NCBI GenBank assembly: GCA_964397555.1
Contig: CAYNJF010000014.1
Coordinates: forward strand, 18,786-42,785
From: an uncultured Francisellaceae bacterium
Lineage (GTDB): Bacteria; Pseudomonadota; Gammaproteobacteria; Berkiellales; Berkiellaceae
Direction of reading: 5' to 3'
Length of the DNA stretch: 24,000 nucleotides
Positions 9,131-17,744 of the stretch are shown here, one piece after another. The notes below the pieces were generated by a model. The model was not told the DNA's origin, did no database searches, and saw nothing but the letters and a program-made list of their open reading frames with translations. The first letter of the stretch is position 1; each line of letters opens with the position of its first letter. Position numbers and translations under genes: made by a program.

Positions 9131-9679
9131 ATGCCAGTACCCCAAACTTTCAAAGGGTTTGAAGCTTTTTTAGGCCAAATCGCCGACAAAGCATACGAAT
9201 TAATACAAAAAAAAAATGAAAACCCAAATTTAGACATCAAGACACCACTAAAGAATTTTATAGCATCATCCACTGAATCGTTTGCTAGAAAACACAATCT
9301 CGTCATTGACGACTCTCAGTCAGATTTTGATCTTGAAATCGCTGAGGGACTTCTTGATGACGTGCGTGCCCAGCAGAGACCAAGCTTGCGACCAAGCGTG
9401 GATATGAACATGAATCGACAGTTGGAGCAAGAAAACAGGCCAACAAGTTCATCCTTTAAAGAGCATAAAAAATTAAATGCTGAAGGCGCCAGATCGAGAT
9501 TAGACAACATCCGTTCTAATAGGGATCAAAGTCCGGATAACGATGGCATACTTCCTACTTTTGCTGCTGATAGGCAAAGTTCTGATAACCAAGCTCGAAA
9601 TGAATTCAAGAAGAGAATGGCCCCTAAAATTGCCCCCAAATTTGAGAAACGATTCTCTCCTCGCCCACAAGGGATGTAA
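9131..9679 (+). CDS. Hypothetical hydrophilic, disordered protein (182 aa)
   Basis: ATG is preceded by AAGAGG 7 nt upstream. The product is polar and charged throughout, and the gene lies 47 nt upstream of the ankyrin gene on the same strand. Confidence 0.6.
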   Translation: MPVPQTFKGFEAFLGQIADKAYELIQKKNENPNLDIKTPLKNFIASSTESFARKHNLVIDDSQSDFDLEIAEGLLDDVRAQQRPSLRPSVDMNMNRQLEQENRPTSSSFKEHKKLNAEGARSRLDNIRSNRDQSPDNDGILPTFAADRQSSDNQARNEFKKRMAPKIAPKFEKRFSPRPQGM

Positions 9680-9726
9680 TCAAGGCAGCTTTGCTGCCTT
9701 CACCCGAGCACAAGGATTAGGTTGCT

Positions 9727-11124
9727 ATGTCACTTTCAGATGACATCATTAACGACAAAGATGCTAAGGCCATTGCGGCCATTGAAAGTGGCATGAACAT
9801 CAATTACATCGATGAATATGGCTTCACCCCTCTTATTCAAGCTGCGCTTTGCAACAAACCCAAAATCGCCATGCTGCTTTTACAACATGGCGCTCAAGTG
9901 GATGCGGTCGACATCTCAGGACAAACCGCCTTGCACTGGGCCATCGATAATAATAATTACGAGCTTACTCAGGCGCTTCTTGATTATAAGGCAAGCCCAA
10001 ACAGTTATACCTCCCATGGCCAACCGGCTTTATTCAACCCCATCTTGCGCAATAAAGGTGATTTAAAAAATCTGTTACTGAGTCATGGGGCGGATATGAA
10101 CTTTGCGCAAGACTACATCAACGCAAAGCTCATCGGCCACCGCTTTGAACTTCAAGGCTTATCCGATATCGTGAATCCCGACGGGGTCTTTTTACCCATC
10201 GACTTGGAAGGCTTTTTTCTTGAGTTTACGGTGGGTCTTATCCGAGAATCCTTAGAGCAGTTTAAAAACAGCTTTGTGGCCAATCGTCTAGCCCTTCCCA
10301 CTCAAGAGCTTAATCTCATTTCATCGATGATGAACAACGCATTTGAGCTTCGCAAATACAAGCACTATAACATCGATGTTGAACAGCATCTTGATGAAAT
10401 CAGAGCGCGTTTAAATCATGAACTTCTTTTATTGCCCGTCTCTTTTGAAGGGCATGCCATCACCTTTGCCAAACACAAAAACATGTTTGCCAAATGCGAT
10501 CGCGGCGTCTCTAAAATGACCGCCCCGATTGTGATTCATCGGTCAAAGCAGCTTCAAGCCTTTGATTTTGATTTTTACAAATATCTACTCTACGACAAAA
10601 AATCCAGAGCTGAAATCGAGCAAGGACTGCCCTTGCGTCTTGCGCTTCGCCCCATGGTCAAAATCCCCATTCGCCATCAAATTACTGGGAACTGTTCTTG
10701 GGCCAATGTGGAGGCCTCGGTCCCTACCATGCTCTTTATGTTGTTAACTCACGATGAGCCAACGCAAGCGACGGTCAAGCAAACCATCCGAGAGGTGATG
10801 AAGTTTTACGTGGTCTGGAAAGAATGGGACAAAGATCGAGCCCTTGAAAATTGCATGCGTGGGTTTGATGACATGAACCCTAAGCGTCGCAAAGCCAAAG
10901 CATCCCTGTTAGGGGCTGTGCTGTTCCAGGCATGCAACTTTACCAAAACGCGTGACGTCAAACGCGCGCGCAAAATCATGGACATCCTCATCCGCCCTGA
11001 ATATCACTTCGTGCTTCGAAGCTATGTGACCGTCTTTTTAAAAAGCGGTAAAGGCAAAGGGCGAGCCAGAGCATTCCATAAACTGCTGGACGCTCTGGGA
11101 GTCCCTATATCCACGTTTGGTTAG
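9727..11124 (+). CDS. Ankyrin-repeat protein with a C-terminal papain-like Cys motif; architecture reminiscent of Legionella AnkH/LegA3
   Basis: Residues ~28-125 form 3-4 ankyrin repeats: GFTPLIQAALCNKPKIAMLLLQHGAQVDAVD / GQTALHWAIDNNNYELTQALLDYKASPN / GQPALFNPILRNKGDLKNLLLSHGADMN. Downstream is RHQITGNCSWANVE (Cys323, nt 10693-10695), which resembles the papain Q...CW active-site context. Confidence 0.8.
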   Translation: MSLSDDIINDKDAKAIAAIESGMNINYIDEYGFTPLIQAALCNKPKIAMLLLQHGAQVDAVDISGQTALHWAIDNNNYELTQALLDYKASPNSYTSHGQPALFNPILRNKGDLKNLLLSHGADMNFAQDYINAKLIGHRFELQGLSDIVNPDGVFLPIDLEGFFLEFTVGLIRESLEQFKNSFVANRLALPTQELNLISSMMNNAFELRKYKHYNIDVEQHLDEIRARLNHELLLLPVSFEGHAITFAKHKNMFAKCDRGVSKMTAPIVIHRSKQLQAFDFDFYKYLLYDKKSRAEIEQGLPLRLALRPMVKIPIRHQITGNCSWANVEASVPTMLFMLLTHDEPTQATVKQTIREVMKFYVVWKEWDKDRALENCMRGFDDMNPKRRKAKASLLGAVLFQACNFTKTRDVKRARKIMDILIRPEYHFVLRSYVTVFLKSGKGKGRARAFHKLLDALGVPISTFG

Positions 11125-11543
11125 TCGGTCAGCGGCACCGTCAGGACGTCACACTTAGCACCATTGAGGACACTTGAGGCGGTAGAGCCTAAAAGCGCGG
11201 CAAAGCCCTTGGCCCCGTGGGTGCCAAGAACAATCAAGTCGGCTTTGATGGACGTAGCTAACTCTAGAATTTCATCTTTGGTGTGGCCTTGAATCAAATG
11301 CACTTTATCCGAATCCACCCCTAAGCGCATCGCCATGTTATTGAGACCGGTTGTGGCTTGGTTTTTAATCTCTTCGTTGAGATCGCCAAGATAATAAAGG
11401 CCACCGCCGTAAGCCCCAACGGGTTCTACCACATGAACGCAGTGCAACGCGGCTCCATGCATGTTGGCCAAACTCTTGGCTTTTTCACCAATGATTGAGC
11501 TTTGCTCAGTTAAATCACTTGCAAACAATACTGTGCTGTACAT
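11121..11543 (-). CDS. Universal stress protein (UspA family)
   Basis: 140 aa with AAGGAG RBS. C-terminal ADLIVLGTHGAKGFAALLGSTASSVLNGAKCDVLTVP matches the USP G-x2-G-x9-G(S/T) nucleotide-binding motif. Confidence 0.9.
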   Translation of the reverse strand: MYSTVLFASDLTEQSSIIGEKAKSLANMHGAALHCVHVVEPVGAYGGGLYYLGDLNEEIKNQATTGLNNMAMRLGVDSDKVHLIQGHTKDEILELATSIKADLIVLGTHGAKGFAALLGSTASSVLNGAKCDVLTVPLTD

Positions 11544-11606
11544 AACGACTCCTTAGGCGGACCATGCTATGATTGATAACTAACGAGTTAGCAATCGATA
11601 AAACCA

Positions 11607-12365
11607 ATGCTTGAGTTCTTTCAAACGAATACGTTATATCTACTCATTTTTTTCGTTGCATTAGCGTTCATATTTATTCCCTGGCTTTTGGCTCAAAAAG
11701 TTCGTCCTTTCTTTGGTCGAAAGGCCTTAGCTCGATGGTTGAACAACCAAAAGTCATCCCATCATATCAAAAAAGGGGTAGAATTAATCGATGGGCTTTA
11801 CATGGATGTGAATCCATTTCGTATTGCTAAAACCCATCGAGAGGCCAACCATTTGCATGCCGATCACTTCTTGTATGGCGAAATGGACTTAATCACCCTT
11901 TCCAAACTACTGAAAGCCATGGACTTTAAATCAGGTCTTCATTTTTGTGATTTGGGTTCTGGGGCCGGACGCTCTGTGCTGATGGTTGAGCACTTGTATA
12001 AGACCCCCTCAACGGGGATAGAATTGGTGCCTCCGCTTTATGAGTTGGCCACCCATAAACTGGATACTTACGTTAAGCTGAAACGAGAAGCCAAGCCAAC
12101 CTACCTGTGCAAAGCATCGTTTATCCATGGCGACTTTTTAGAACAAGATCTAAGTCAATACGACGTTATTATGGCCAACGCGACGGCTTTTAAAGGGCCG
12201 CTGTGGGACCACTTAAAACCCAAATTATCGAAGCTCAAAATCGGCACCAAATTAATATTGACCACCCTTGAGCTGAATGATGATGCTTACCAATGCATCT
12301 ATCACGAGCATGATTTAATGAGCTGGGGCTTTTGCACCACTCGCATTTACGAAAAGGTCCGCTAA
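11607..12365 (+). CDS. Class I SAM-dependent methyltransferase with a DOT1-like core and an N-terminal TM helix
   Basis: LYGEMDLITLSKLL...HFCDLGSGAGRSVLMVEH...TGIELV...FIHGDFLEQDLSQYDVIMANATAFKGPLWDHLKPKLSKLKIGTKLILTT is collinear with the DOT1 motifs as I recall them (YGE...FVDLGSGVGQVVLQVA...GVE...RGDFLSEE...[33 protein letters not shown]). The N-terminus YLLIFFVALAFIFIPWLLA is a TM helix. Confidence 0.7.
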   Translation: MLEFFQTNTLYLLIFFVALAFIFIPWLLAQKVRPFFGRKALARWLNNQKSSHHIKKGVELIDGLYMDVNPFRIAKTHREANHLHADHFLYGEMDLITLSKLLKAMDFKSGLHFCDLGSGAGRSVLMVEHLYKTPSTGIELVPPLYELATHKLDTYVKLKREAKPTYLCKASFIHGDFLEQDLSQYDVIMANATAFKGPLWDHLKPKLSKLKIGTKLILTTLELNDDAYQCIYHEHDLMSWGFCTTRIYEKVR

Positions 12366-13024
12366 TGGAACAATTAACCACGATTCAACTGATTGCTGTT
12401 TGGGCTTTGCCCGTTATCTTTGGGATCACTGTCCACGAGGTTGCCCATGGTTGGGTGGCAAAAAAATACGGAGACAACACCGCCTATCAACAGGGCAGAC
12501 TAACCCTAAACCCATTGGTTCATATCGACCTTGTTGGCACCATCGTCGTGCCACTCTTACTATTGGTGACCACAGGCTTTGTGTTTGGTTGGGCCAAACC
12601 GGTGCCTGTTAATCAACGTAATTTGTTTAACCCGAAACGAGACATGGCCATCGTGGCCGCAGCTGGCCCAATTTCAAACTTCTTGATGGCCGTTGGATGG
12701 GCCCTTGTGACGTGGCTAGGGGTCATTGTCGCAGACAGAGGGCTTGAAGCTGGCATTGCCCTAGTTTACATGGGACAAGCGGGCATTTTGATTAACCTTC
12801 TGCTTGGGATATTAAATCTCTTTCCGATCCCCCCCCTCGATGGCTCTCGCATTGTCTCGAGCGTGTTACCAACAAGAGCCTATATCGCTTACAACCGATT
12901 TGAGCCTTATGGCTTTTTCTTATTGGTGGGCCTCATGCTCGCGGGATTTTTGCAAAAAGTGCTCATCCCGCCAGTCATGTTTTTCTTTAACGCTTTTATC
13001 AGTGCGATAAGCTTGATCAGTTAA
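12365..13024 (+). CDS. Site-2 protease family (M50) zinc metalloprotease
   Basis: The start is reassigned from 12332 to ATG 12365 (MEQLTTIQL...), which overlaps the upstream stop as TAATG. Motifs are HEVAHGW (HExxH) and NLFPIPPLDGSRI (NxxPxxxLDG); the protein is polytopic. Confidence 0.9.
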   Translation: MEQLTTIQLIAVWALPVIFGITVHEVAHGWVAKKYGDNTAYQQGRLTLNPLVHIDLVGTIVVPLLLLVTTGFVFGWAKPVPVNQRNLFNPKRDMAIVAAAGPISNFLMAVGWALVTWLGVIVADRGLEAGIALVYMGQAGILINLLLGILNLFPIPPLDGSRIVSSVLPTRAYIAYNRFEPYGFFLLVGLMLAGFLQKVLIPPVMFFFNAFISAISLIS

Positions 13025-14279
13025 GCGCAGTCCTGCCTAAGTCTTGGGGCAACACCAGGTTCAATACGACCCCGGCGATGCCGCCAAGCCCAATGCCGTT
13101 TAAAGCAAAATCACCGTAACCCACACTTAAGCCACCCAGAGGAATGATAAGAATGATCCCTGCGATGGTCATTGAGCGAGGGTTCATTAAATCTTGCTTG
13201 GACTCGACTAATATACTCATGCCTGTGACGGCAATGGCGCCGAACAATAAAACCAAAATGCCCCCCATCACTGGCGTAGGGATGGCCTGTAGGACCGCCC
13301 CTAGTTTGCCCATGAACGCCAGAATGATGGCTGTGATGCATGACCAAGTCATCACCCCTGGGTTGTAGATTTTAGTCAAAGCCACACCCGCGGTGACTTC
13401 TGAGTAGGTTGTGTTGGGGGGGCCACCCAGAAAAGAGGCCCAACAGGTAGCGAGCCCATCGCCACTGAGTGAACGGTGCACACCCGGGTATTGAAAATAG
13501 TTACGTTTGGTCACCGCACCAATGGCTGCAATGTCACCAATGTGCTCAATGGCTGAGATAATCGCAATCGGCAGGATTAAAATCACGGCGTGCAGATTCC
13601 ATTCAGGGCGAACAAACTCAGGCACACGCAACCAACTGCTCTCATGAAAACCGGTAAAATCAACCATATCAAACACAAACGATACGGCAAAGCCTGCACA
13701 CACTCCGACCAAAATGGGGACTAAACGCAATCGTCCTTTTGCAAACAATCGAGTTAACATGCAAGCACACAGAGCCGTGAAAGCCACCACCAAGGCCGGT
13801 CCTTCATCAAACAATTGCATTGAGCCATCGGAAGTCTTGCCCATCGCCATATTAATTGACACAGGCGCTAAGATGAGTCCGATGCAAATGATGACCGGGC
13901 CTGTGACGATGGGAGGGAGTAGTCGCTCTATCACCCCTTGACCTTTGACTCGAATCACTAAAGCAACCAACAAATAAAATAAGCCGCCAACGGATAAGCC
14001 ACTTAAGGTCGCAGGTAAACCCCAGGTGTCAATCCCGTAAATGGTTGCTGGGACAAACGCAAACGAAGAGCCTAAAAAGGCAGGAATTTGTCCTTTGGTT
14101 AGCCATTGAAATAAAAGTGTGCCTGTACCGGCGGTAAAGAGTGCAACAGCCGGATCCATGCCTGTCAGTAATGGAACAAGTACCAACGCACCGATGGCGA
14201 TGAACAAAGTTTGAGCACCAAGTAAACAATCTTTAAATCGAAATGAATAGTCAGAAGGACGTGGACTGGAAGTTGACAT
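13017..14279 (-). CDS. NCS2 family nucleobase:cation symporter (uracil/xanthine permease-like)
   Basis: 420 aa with about 12 hydrophobic helices and a UraA/RutG-like layout (LGAQTLFIAIGALVLVPLLTG..., FLGSSFAFV, GGPPNTTYSEVTAGVALTK). AAGGAA RBS. Confidence 0.8.
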   Translation of the reverse strand: MSTSSPRPSDYSFRFKDCLLGAQTLFIAIGALVLVPLLTGMDPAVALFTAGTGTLLFQWLTKGQIPAFLGSSFAFVPATIYGIDTWGLPATLSGLSVGGLFYLLVALVIRVKGQGVIERLLPPIVTGPVIICIGLILAPVSINMAMGKTSDGSMQLFDEGPALVVAFTALCACMLTRLFAKGRLRLVPILVGVCAGFAVSFVFDMVDFTGFHESSWLRVPEFVRPEWNLHAVILILPIAIISAIEHIGDIAAIGAVTKRNYFQYPGVHRSLSGDGLATCWASFLGGPPNTTYSEVTAGVALTKIYNPGVMTWSCITAIILAFMGKLGAVLQAIPTPVMGGILVLLFGAIAVTGMSILVESKQDLMNPRSMTIAGIILIIPLGGLSVGYGDFALNGIGLGGIAGVVLNLVLPQDLGRTALN

Positions 14280-14366
14280 GCGGGTTCCTTTTCACAGCGG
14301 TGACAGGATCCTAGCGCATTTCAACCATCGTGCCAATCAAGTCAAAAACAAAACTTACTCAAGCAA

Positions 14367-14624
14367 TTAATTTCTATCTCTTAAGATACTGCTGTTGCTG
14401 GGATGATTCGATTGAGGTTTTTGATCGCTTTCATAAACGGGGTAGCACTTTTTGATGAACATTTGTCCGTTATGATGATAGGTCCCACCACAGTCAAGGG
14501 TACGACTAGGAAAATCGTCCGCCCCACCGCGACCAGGAAACCCTTTGAACATTTTATCTGCAACCGCAGACGAAGCCATACCAATGCCCAGACAAAGAAC
14601 AACCAGTGTAGATAAACGCTTCAT
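14367..14624 (-). CDS. Small secreted protein (85 aa, 2 Cys in the mature part)
   Basis: The start is reassigned to ATG 14624, preceded by AAGGAGG. Signal peptide: MKRLSTLVVLCLGIGMASSAVA|DK. Confidence 0.65.
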   Translation of the reverse strand: MKRLSTLVVLCLGIGMASSAVADKMFKGFPGRGGADDFPSRTLDCGGTYHHNGQMFIKKCYPVYESDQKPQSNHPSNSSILRDRN

Positions 14625-14742
14625 AGACACACCCTCCTTTTCTTTTTCGACCACCTCATGAGAGAAAAGATTGCATGGAATGTCTATTTTTTAAGGATGA
14701 CAAGAAAAATCAATAACTTGAGAGTCATCTGTATATCTGTCT

Positions 14743-15432
14743 TTAAATAAAGGTAAATTTGTCACGATAACGTTCTAAAATCGCTTGTAGGGGTTCTCCA
14801 AGATACCCAATCACGGCCATGGAGTGCTTTGTCGATATGGGAACCAACTTCCCTTGAAGTTGCTCACCTTTGAAGTCCATGACGTTACGGGCTTTGACGT
14901 TGGGCATCACAAAGACGGTCACAGGCCCTTTTTCACCCTCAATGACCATATGAGCGACAAGCTCCCCTTTAATAAAGCACCGCTTGATGAAACGCACATC
15001 TTCAATTGGTTGATTGGCATCCACACCAACGCTGGCAAAGGTCGCTTTGACATCAGCTGGTTGATAATCCATCACGGTTGTCAGAGCAAAGGGCTCTTTT
15101 TCAATATGGGTTAAAAGCACGTTGGATAATGGAGGTGGGGACTGAACGGTAGTAAAAAAATAAATAGCGAAAAGCGTTAAAAGAGATGCCATCGCGGCGT
15201 ACCCGATGGTCATCATCCCCTGTTTTCGTTTTACCAGTGGAGTATCTTCAAGGTGATCGTGGAGTGAGGCTGGTACGGGGACCTGCATAGCGTCAATAAG
15301 ACTTGTATCAAGCACCACAAGCTCTGCCGTAAATTCTTGACAGATCCGACAAGATTGTTCATGCGCTTTAACGTCAGCATCCTCAAAGTCCGGATCTGAC
15401 ATCTTTGTGCGTTGATACTCATCGCAATTCAT
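14743..15432 (-). CDS. Membrane-bound zinc-finger anti-sigma factor (DUF3379-like)
   Basis: N-terminal HEQSCRICQ (HxxxCxxC) and one central TM (IGYAAMASLLTLFAIYFF). It overlaps the upstream ECF sigma gene by 4 nt (ATGA). Confidence 0.8.
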   Translation of the reverse strand: MNCDEYQRTKMSDPDFEDADVKAHEQSCRICQEFTAELVVLDTSLIDAMQVPVPASLHDHLEDTPLVKRKQGMMTIGYAAMASLLTLFAIYFFTTVQSPPPLSNVLLTHIEKEPFALTTVMDYQPADVKATFASVGVDANQPIEDVRFIKRCFIKGELVAHMVIEGEKGPVTVFVMPNVKARNVMDFKGEQLQGKLVPISTKHSMAVIGYLGEPLQAILERYRDKFTFI

Positions 15433-15962
15433 GGTTTTTTCCTCTTAGGCTTGGGCCCATCGTAGTCATCATCATCTTCGACCATGATTTCTCGAAGTTG
15501 TTTACGCGCCCGATACAACCGAGTCATCACAGCCTCAGGAGTTAGATCGAGCATACTGCCTATTTCCTTACATGAATACCCACAAAGAATTTGCAACAGC
15601 AAAGGCTCGCGGTACTCATCCGTAATCTTTTCCAACGCTTGGCGCAATACAAACGCTTCCGCGCTGTTATCTATTTTGTCAAACGCGACAGGATTCTCAA
15701 TGGTATCAACATCTCTGTCAACTTGTTTTAAACGTTTTCGTTCAAAACGACGAGCATTTTCGCGACGCAAAATAGTAATGAGCCAACTTTTGATGGCTTC
15801 GGGTTTTTGTAATTTGTCGATGCCGCGCCAAGCCCTAAGAAAGGTTTCTTGGACTAAATCTTGAGCCACGTGAGCGTCACCTGACAGCCAGTAGGCGTAT
15901 CGGTAAAGCATCCCGGTGTGCTCGTTGACTAATTTTGAGAACGCAGCTTTTTCACGACTCAT
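15429..15962 (-). CDS. ECF-type RNA polymerase sigma factor (sigma-70 family, group 4)
   Basis: Region 2 is DLVQETFLRAWR; the region 4 HTH is CKEIGSMLDLTPEAVMTRLYRARKQL. 177 aa with an acidic-then-basic tail, EDDDDYDGPKPKRKKP. Confidence 0.95.
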   Translation of the reverse strand: MSREKAAFSKLVNEHTGMLYRYAYWLSGDAHVAQDLVQETFLRAWRGIDKLQKPEAIKSWLITILRRENARRFERKRLKQVDRDVDTIENPVAFDKIDNSAEAFVLRQALEKITDEYREPLLLQILCGYSCKEIGSMLDLTPEAVMTRLYRARKQLREIMVEDDDDYDGPKPKRKKP

Positions 15963-16098
15963 TTAATGAGACCTTAATTCACTTATGATACTTACGAACC
16001 CTTAGGGTGTGTACATACACACAGCGTTGTAGGCATTGACCTATAAATATGACAGACTACATTCTTTATTATAAATCATTAGCACTGCAGCGATTCAC

Positions 16099-16806
16099 AT
16101 GGAATGGATTTTCTTACCCGAAGCTTGGTTAGCCCTAGTGACACTCACAGCCCTTGAAATCGTGCTGGGGATCGACAACATTATTTTCATCAGTATCTTG
16201 GTTAGTAAATTACCCAAAGAGCAACAAGACAAGGCTCGCATTGTGGGCCTCTCTTTGGCCATGGGGACTCGGATTCTCTTATTGGTATTCATAACCTGGA
16301 TTATGGGTTTGACGGCCACCCTAGTTGAGGTGGGTGACTTTGCCTTGACCGGACGTGATGTCATCTTACTGGGGGGTGGTTTATTTCTTATTACCAAATC
16401 GACAAAAGAAATCCATCATGCATTAGAGGGGCAAGCCGAAGCCTCGAGTGTATCGAAGTCGACGTGGACATCTGTGCTCATCCAAATCGCCCTGATTGAT
16501 ATTGTCTTTTCTTTTGATTCGGTAATCACAGGCGTCATGATTTGCGCGGTGATAATCTCCATCATTGTCATGATGTTTGCCTCAAAATCCATCATGGAAT
16601 TTATTGACGATCATCCCACCATGAAAATGCTTGCACTTAGCTTTTTAATCCTCATTGGCGTGGCTTTAATTGGCGAGGGTTTTCATATGCATATCCCGAA
16701 AGGGTACATTTATTTTGCGATGTTTTATGCGGTGTGTGTTGAGTTGATTAACATGCGCATGAGAAAAGCTAAGGCCCTTAAACTTAGAAAGAAAAATATG
16801 ACCTAG
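16099..16806 (+). CDS. TerC family integral membrane protein (YgdQ-like short form)
   Basis: 235 aa. N-terminal LALVTLTALEIVLGIDNIIFISILVSKLP is the TerC signature region, and the protein has several TM helices. Confidence 0.85.
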   Translation: MEWIFLPEAWLALVTLTALEIVLGIDNIIFISILVSKLPKEQQDKARIVGLSLAMGTRILLLVFITWIMGLTATLVEVGDFALTGRDVILLGGGLFLITKSTKEIHHALEGQAEASSVSKSTWTSVLIQIALIDIVFSFDSVITGVMICAVIISIIVMMFASKSIMEFIDDHPTMKMLALSFLILIGVALIGEGFHMHIPKGYIYFAMFYAVCVELINMRMRKAKALKLRKKNMT

Positions 16807-17468
16807 TCTCTTTTTAAAAGAGAGGCCCTATCCTCGTCATCCAATGCTAAGCTCGAACTTTCACTCGGGCTTTGTGCCTTATTGAACGCTTTGATGATGC
16901 AATCGTAGAGAATTTCTCCAGCAATGCCGCCCAGTATTAAGGATGTTTGAGAGCACGCGGTTGGGTCGTCATCAAAATCAATGACGTAATCAGACAGGCC
17001 ATTTATAGAGATACACAAGCATCCGCCTTTAAGCGCCCCTTTTAAACTGGCACTCATAAGCTCATTAACATCGATATTTAGTTCGGCTTCATGGATGTTT
17101 TTGTTGAAAAGATTGGCAACCACAGAACGTATGGCGCCAAGTATGGCCGAGGCCCCAAGGCCATGTCTTAACCCCACCGTTGCGCACCATTGCATCACCA
17201 CATTGATGATGCCTGAAAGCATGATCTCATCATGTTTTTCAGTCAAAAAGCTATCCACGAAAGTATAATCAGCCTGCTCAGGTGGGTTAAGCACCATGCG
17301 TGTGATGGTACGAGTGAAATAAAAGCCCCAAGTACGAGCCACAACCGCTGAACCACAGATAAATTCAATCCCTGCCATTTGCGTGACAAAACTTGAAATA
17401 CCTTTGAGGTAACCTGCAATCTTCATGGACATCATTGGGCTTAAAATACGTTGTCGATAAAATCTCAT
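16803..17468 (-). CDS. Hypothetical protein (221 aa) with a Ser/Asp/Glu-rich C-terminal tail
   Basis: ORF only: no recognisable motif and no clear RBS at 17468 (the internal Met codons MMSM are alternative starts). C-terminus: AQSPSESSSLALDDEDRASLLKRD. Confidence 0.45.
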   Translation of the reverse strand: MRFYRQRILSPMMSMKIAGYLKGISSFVTQMAGIEFICGSAVVARTWGFYFTRTITRMVLNPPEQADYTFVDSFLTEKHDEIMLSGIINVVMQWCATVGLRHGLGASAILGAIRSVVANLFNKNIHEAELNIDVNELMSASLKGALKGGCLCISINGLSDYVIDFDDDPTACSQTSLILGGIAGEILYDCIIKAFNKAQSPSESSSLALDDEDRASLLKRD

Positions 17469-17744
17469 ATTAAATAATAGAGCGCGAGCTAAAGAAGACC
17501 AAAGGGCTTATCCCCAGATGGATGTCACATAGACTAACGATTAACTTAGGTTGAATTACCTGAGTCGTTCAAATCATTAGCGTGCATCTGCTAGTTTTTT
17601 ATTCAGCATGAAGACTCTGTTGTTGGCATGATGTCATCGAACAAAAAGATCTCAGAGGAAATCGTCATAGCTGGCTGCCTGAAAATAAGAATCATATTGG
17701 AGATAGGGATAGGTGGAAATGAAATCTTTGGTACCTTTTGCTTT

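Noticed and set aside
8977-9306. ORFs 8977-9162(+) and 9112-9306(-) in or near the 8872-9130 divergent spacer
   Set aside because: They are short with no RBS, and they overlap the better-supported 9131 start. The region is more likely promoter DNA.
12332-12364. Upstream start (MHHSHLRKGPL) for the M50 protease
   Set aside because: It lies entirely within the methyltransferase gene. ATG 12365 forms a TAATG coupling junction and begins directly at the first TM helix.
6945-14624. Identical MKRLSTLV N-termini on the two small exported proteins (starts 7184 and 14624), suggesting a duplicated gene
   Set aside because: The underlying codons differ and similarity ends after the signal peptide. This is convergent signal-peptide composition, not a DNA repeat.
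15429-15476. NLS-like PKPKRKKP tail on the ECF sigma factor
   Set aside because: A sigma factor has no plausible route to a host nucleus. The basic tail partly overlaps the anti-sigma start region and is more likely incidental or DNA-contacting.
14381-16397. Antisense or alternate-frame ORFs (14381-14602, 14403-14615, 14824-15114, 15231-15422, 15484-15864, 16095-16397)
   Set aside because: Each lies inside a motif-supported gene (secreted protein, anti-sigma, ECF sigma, TerC) and has no features of its own.
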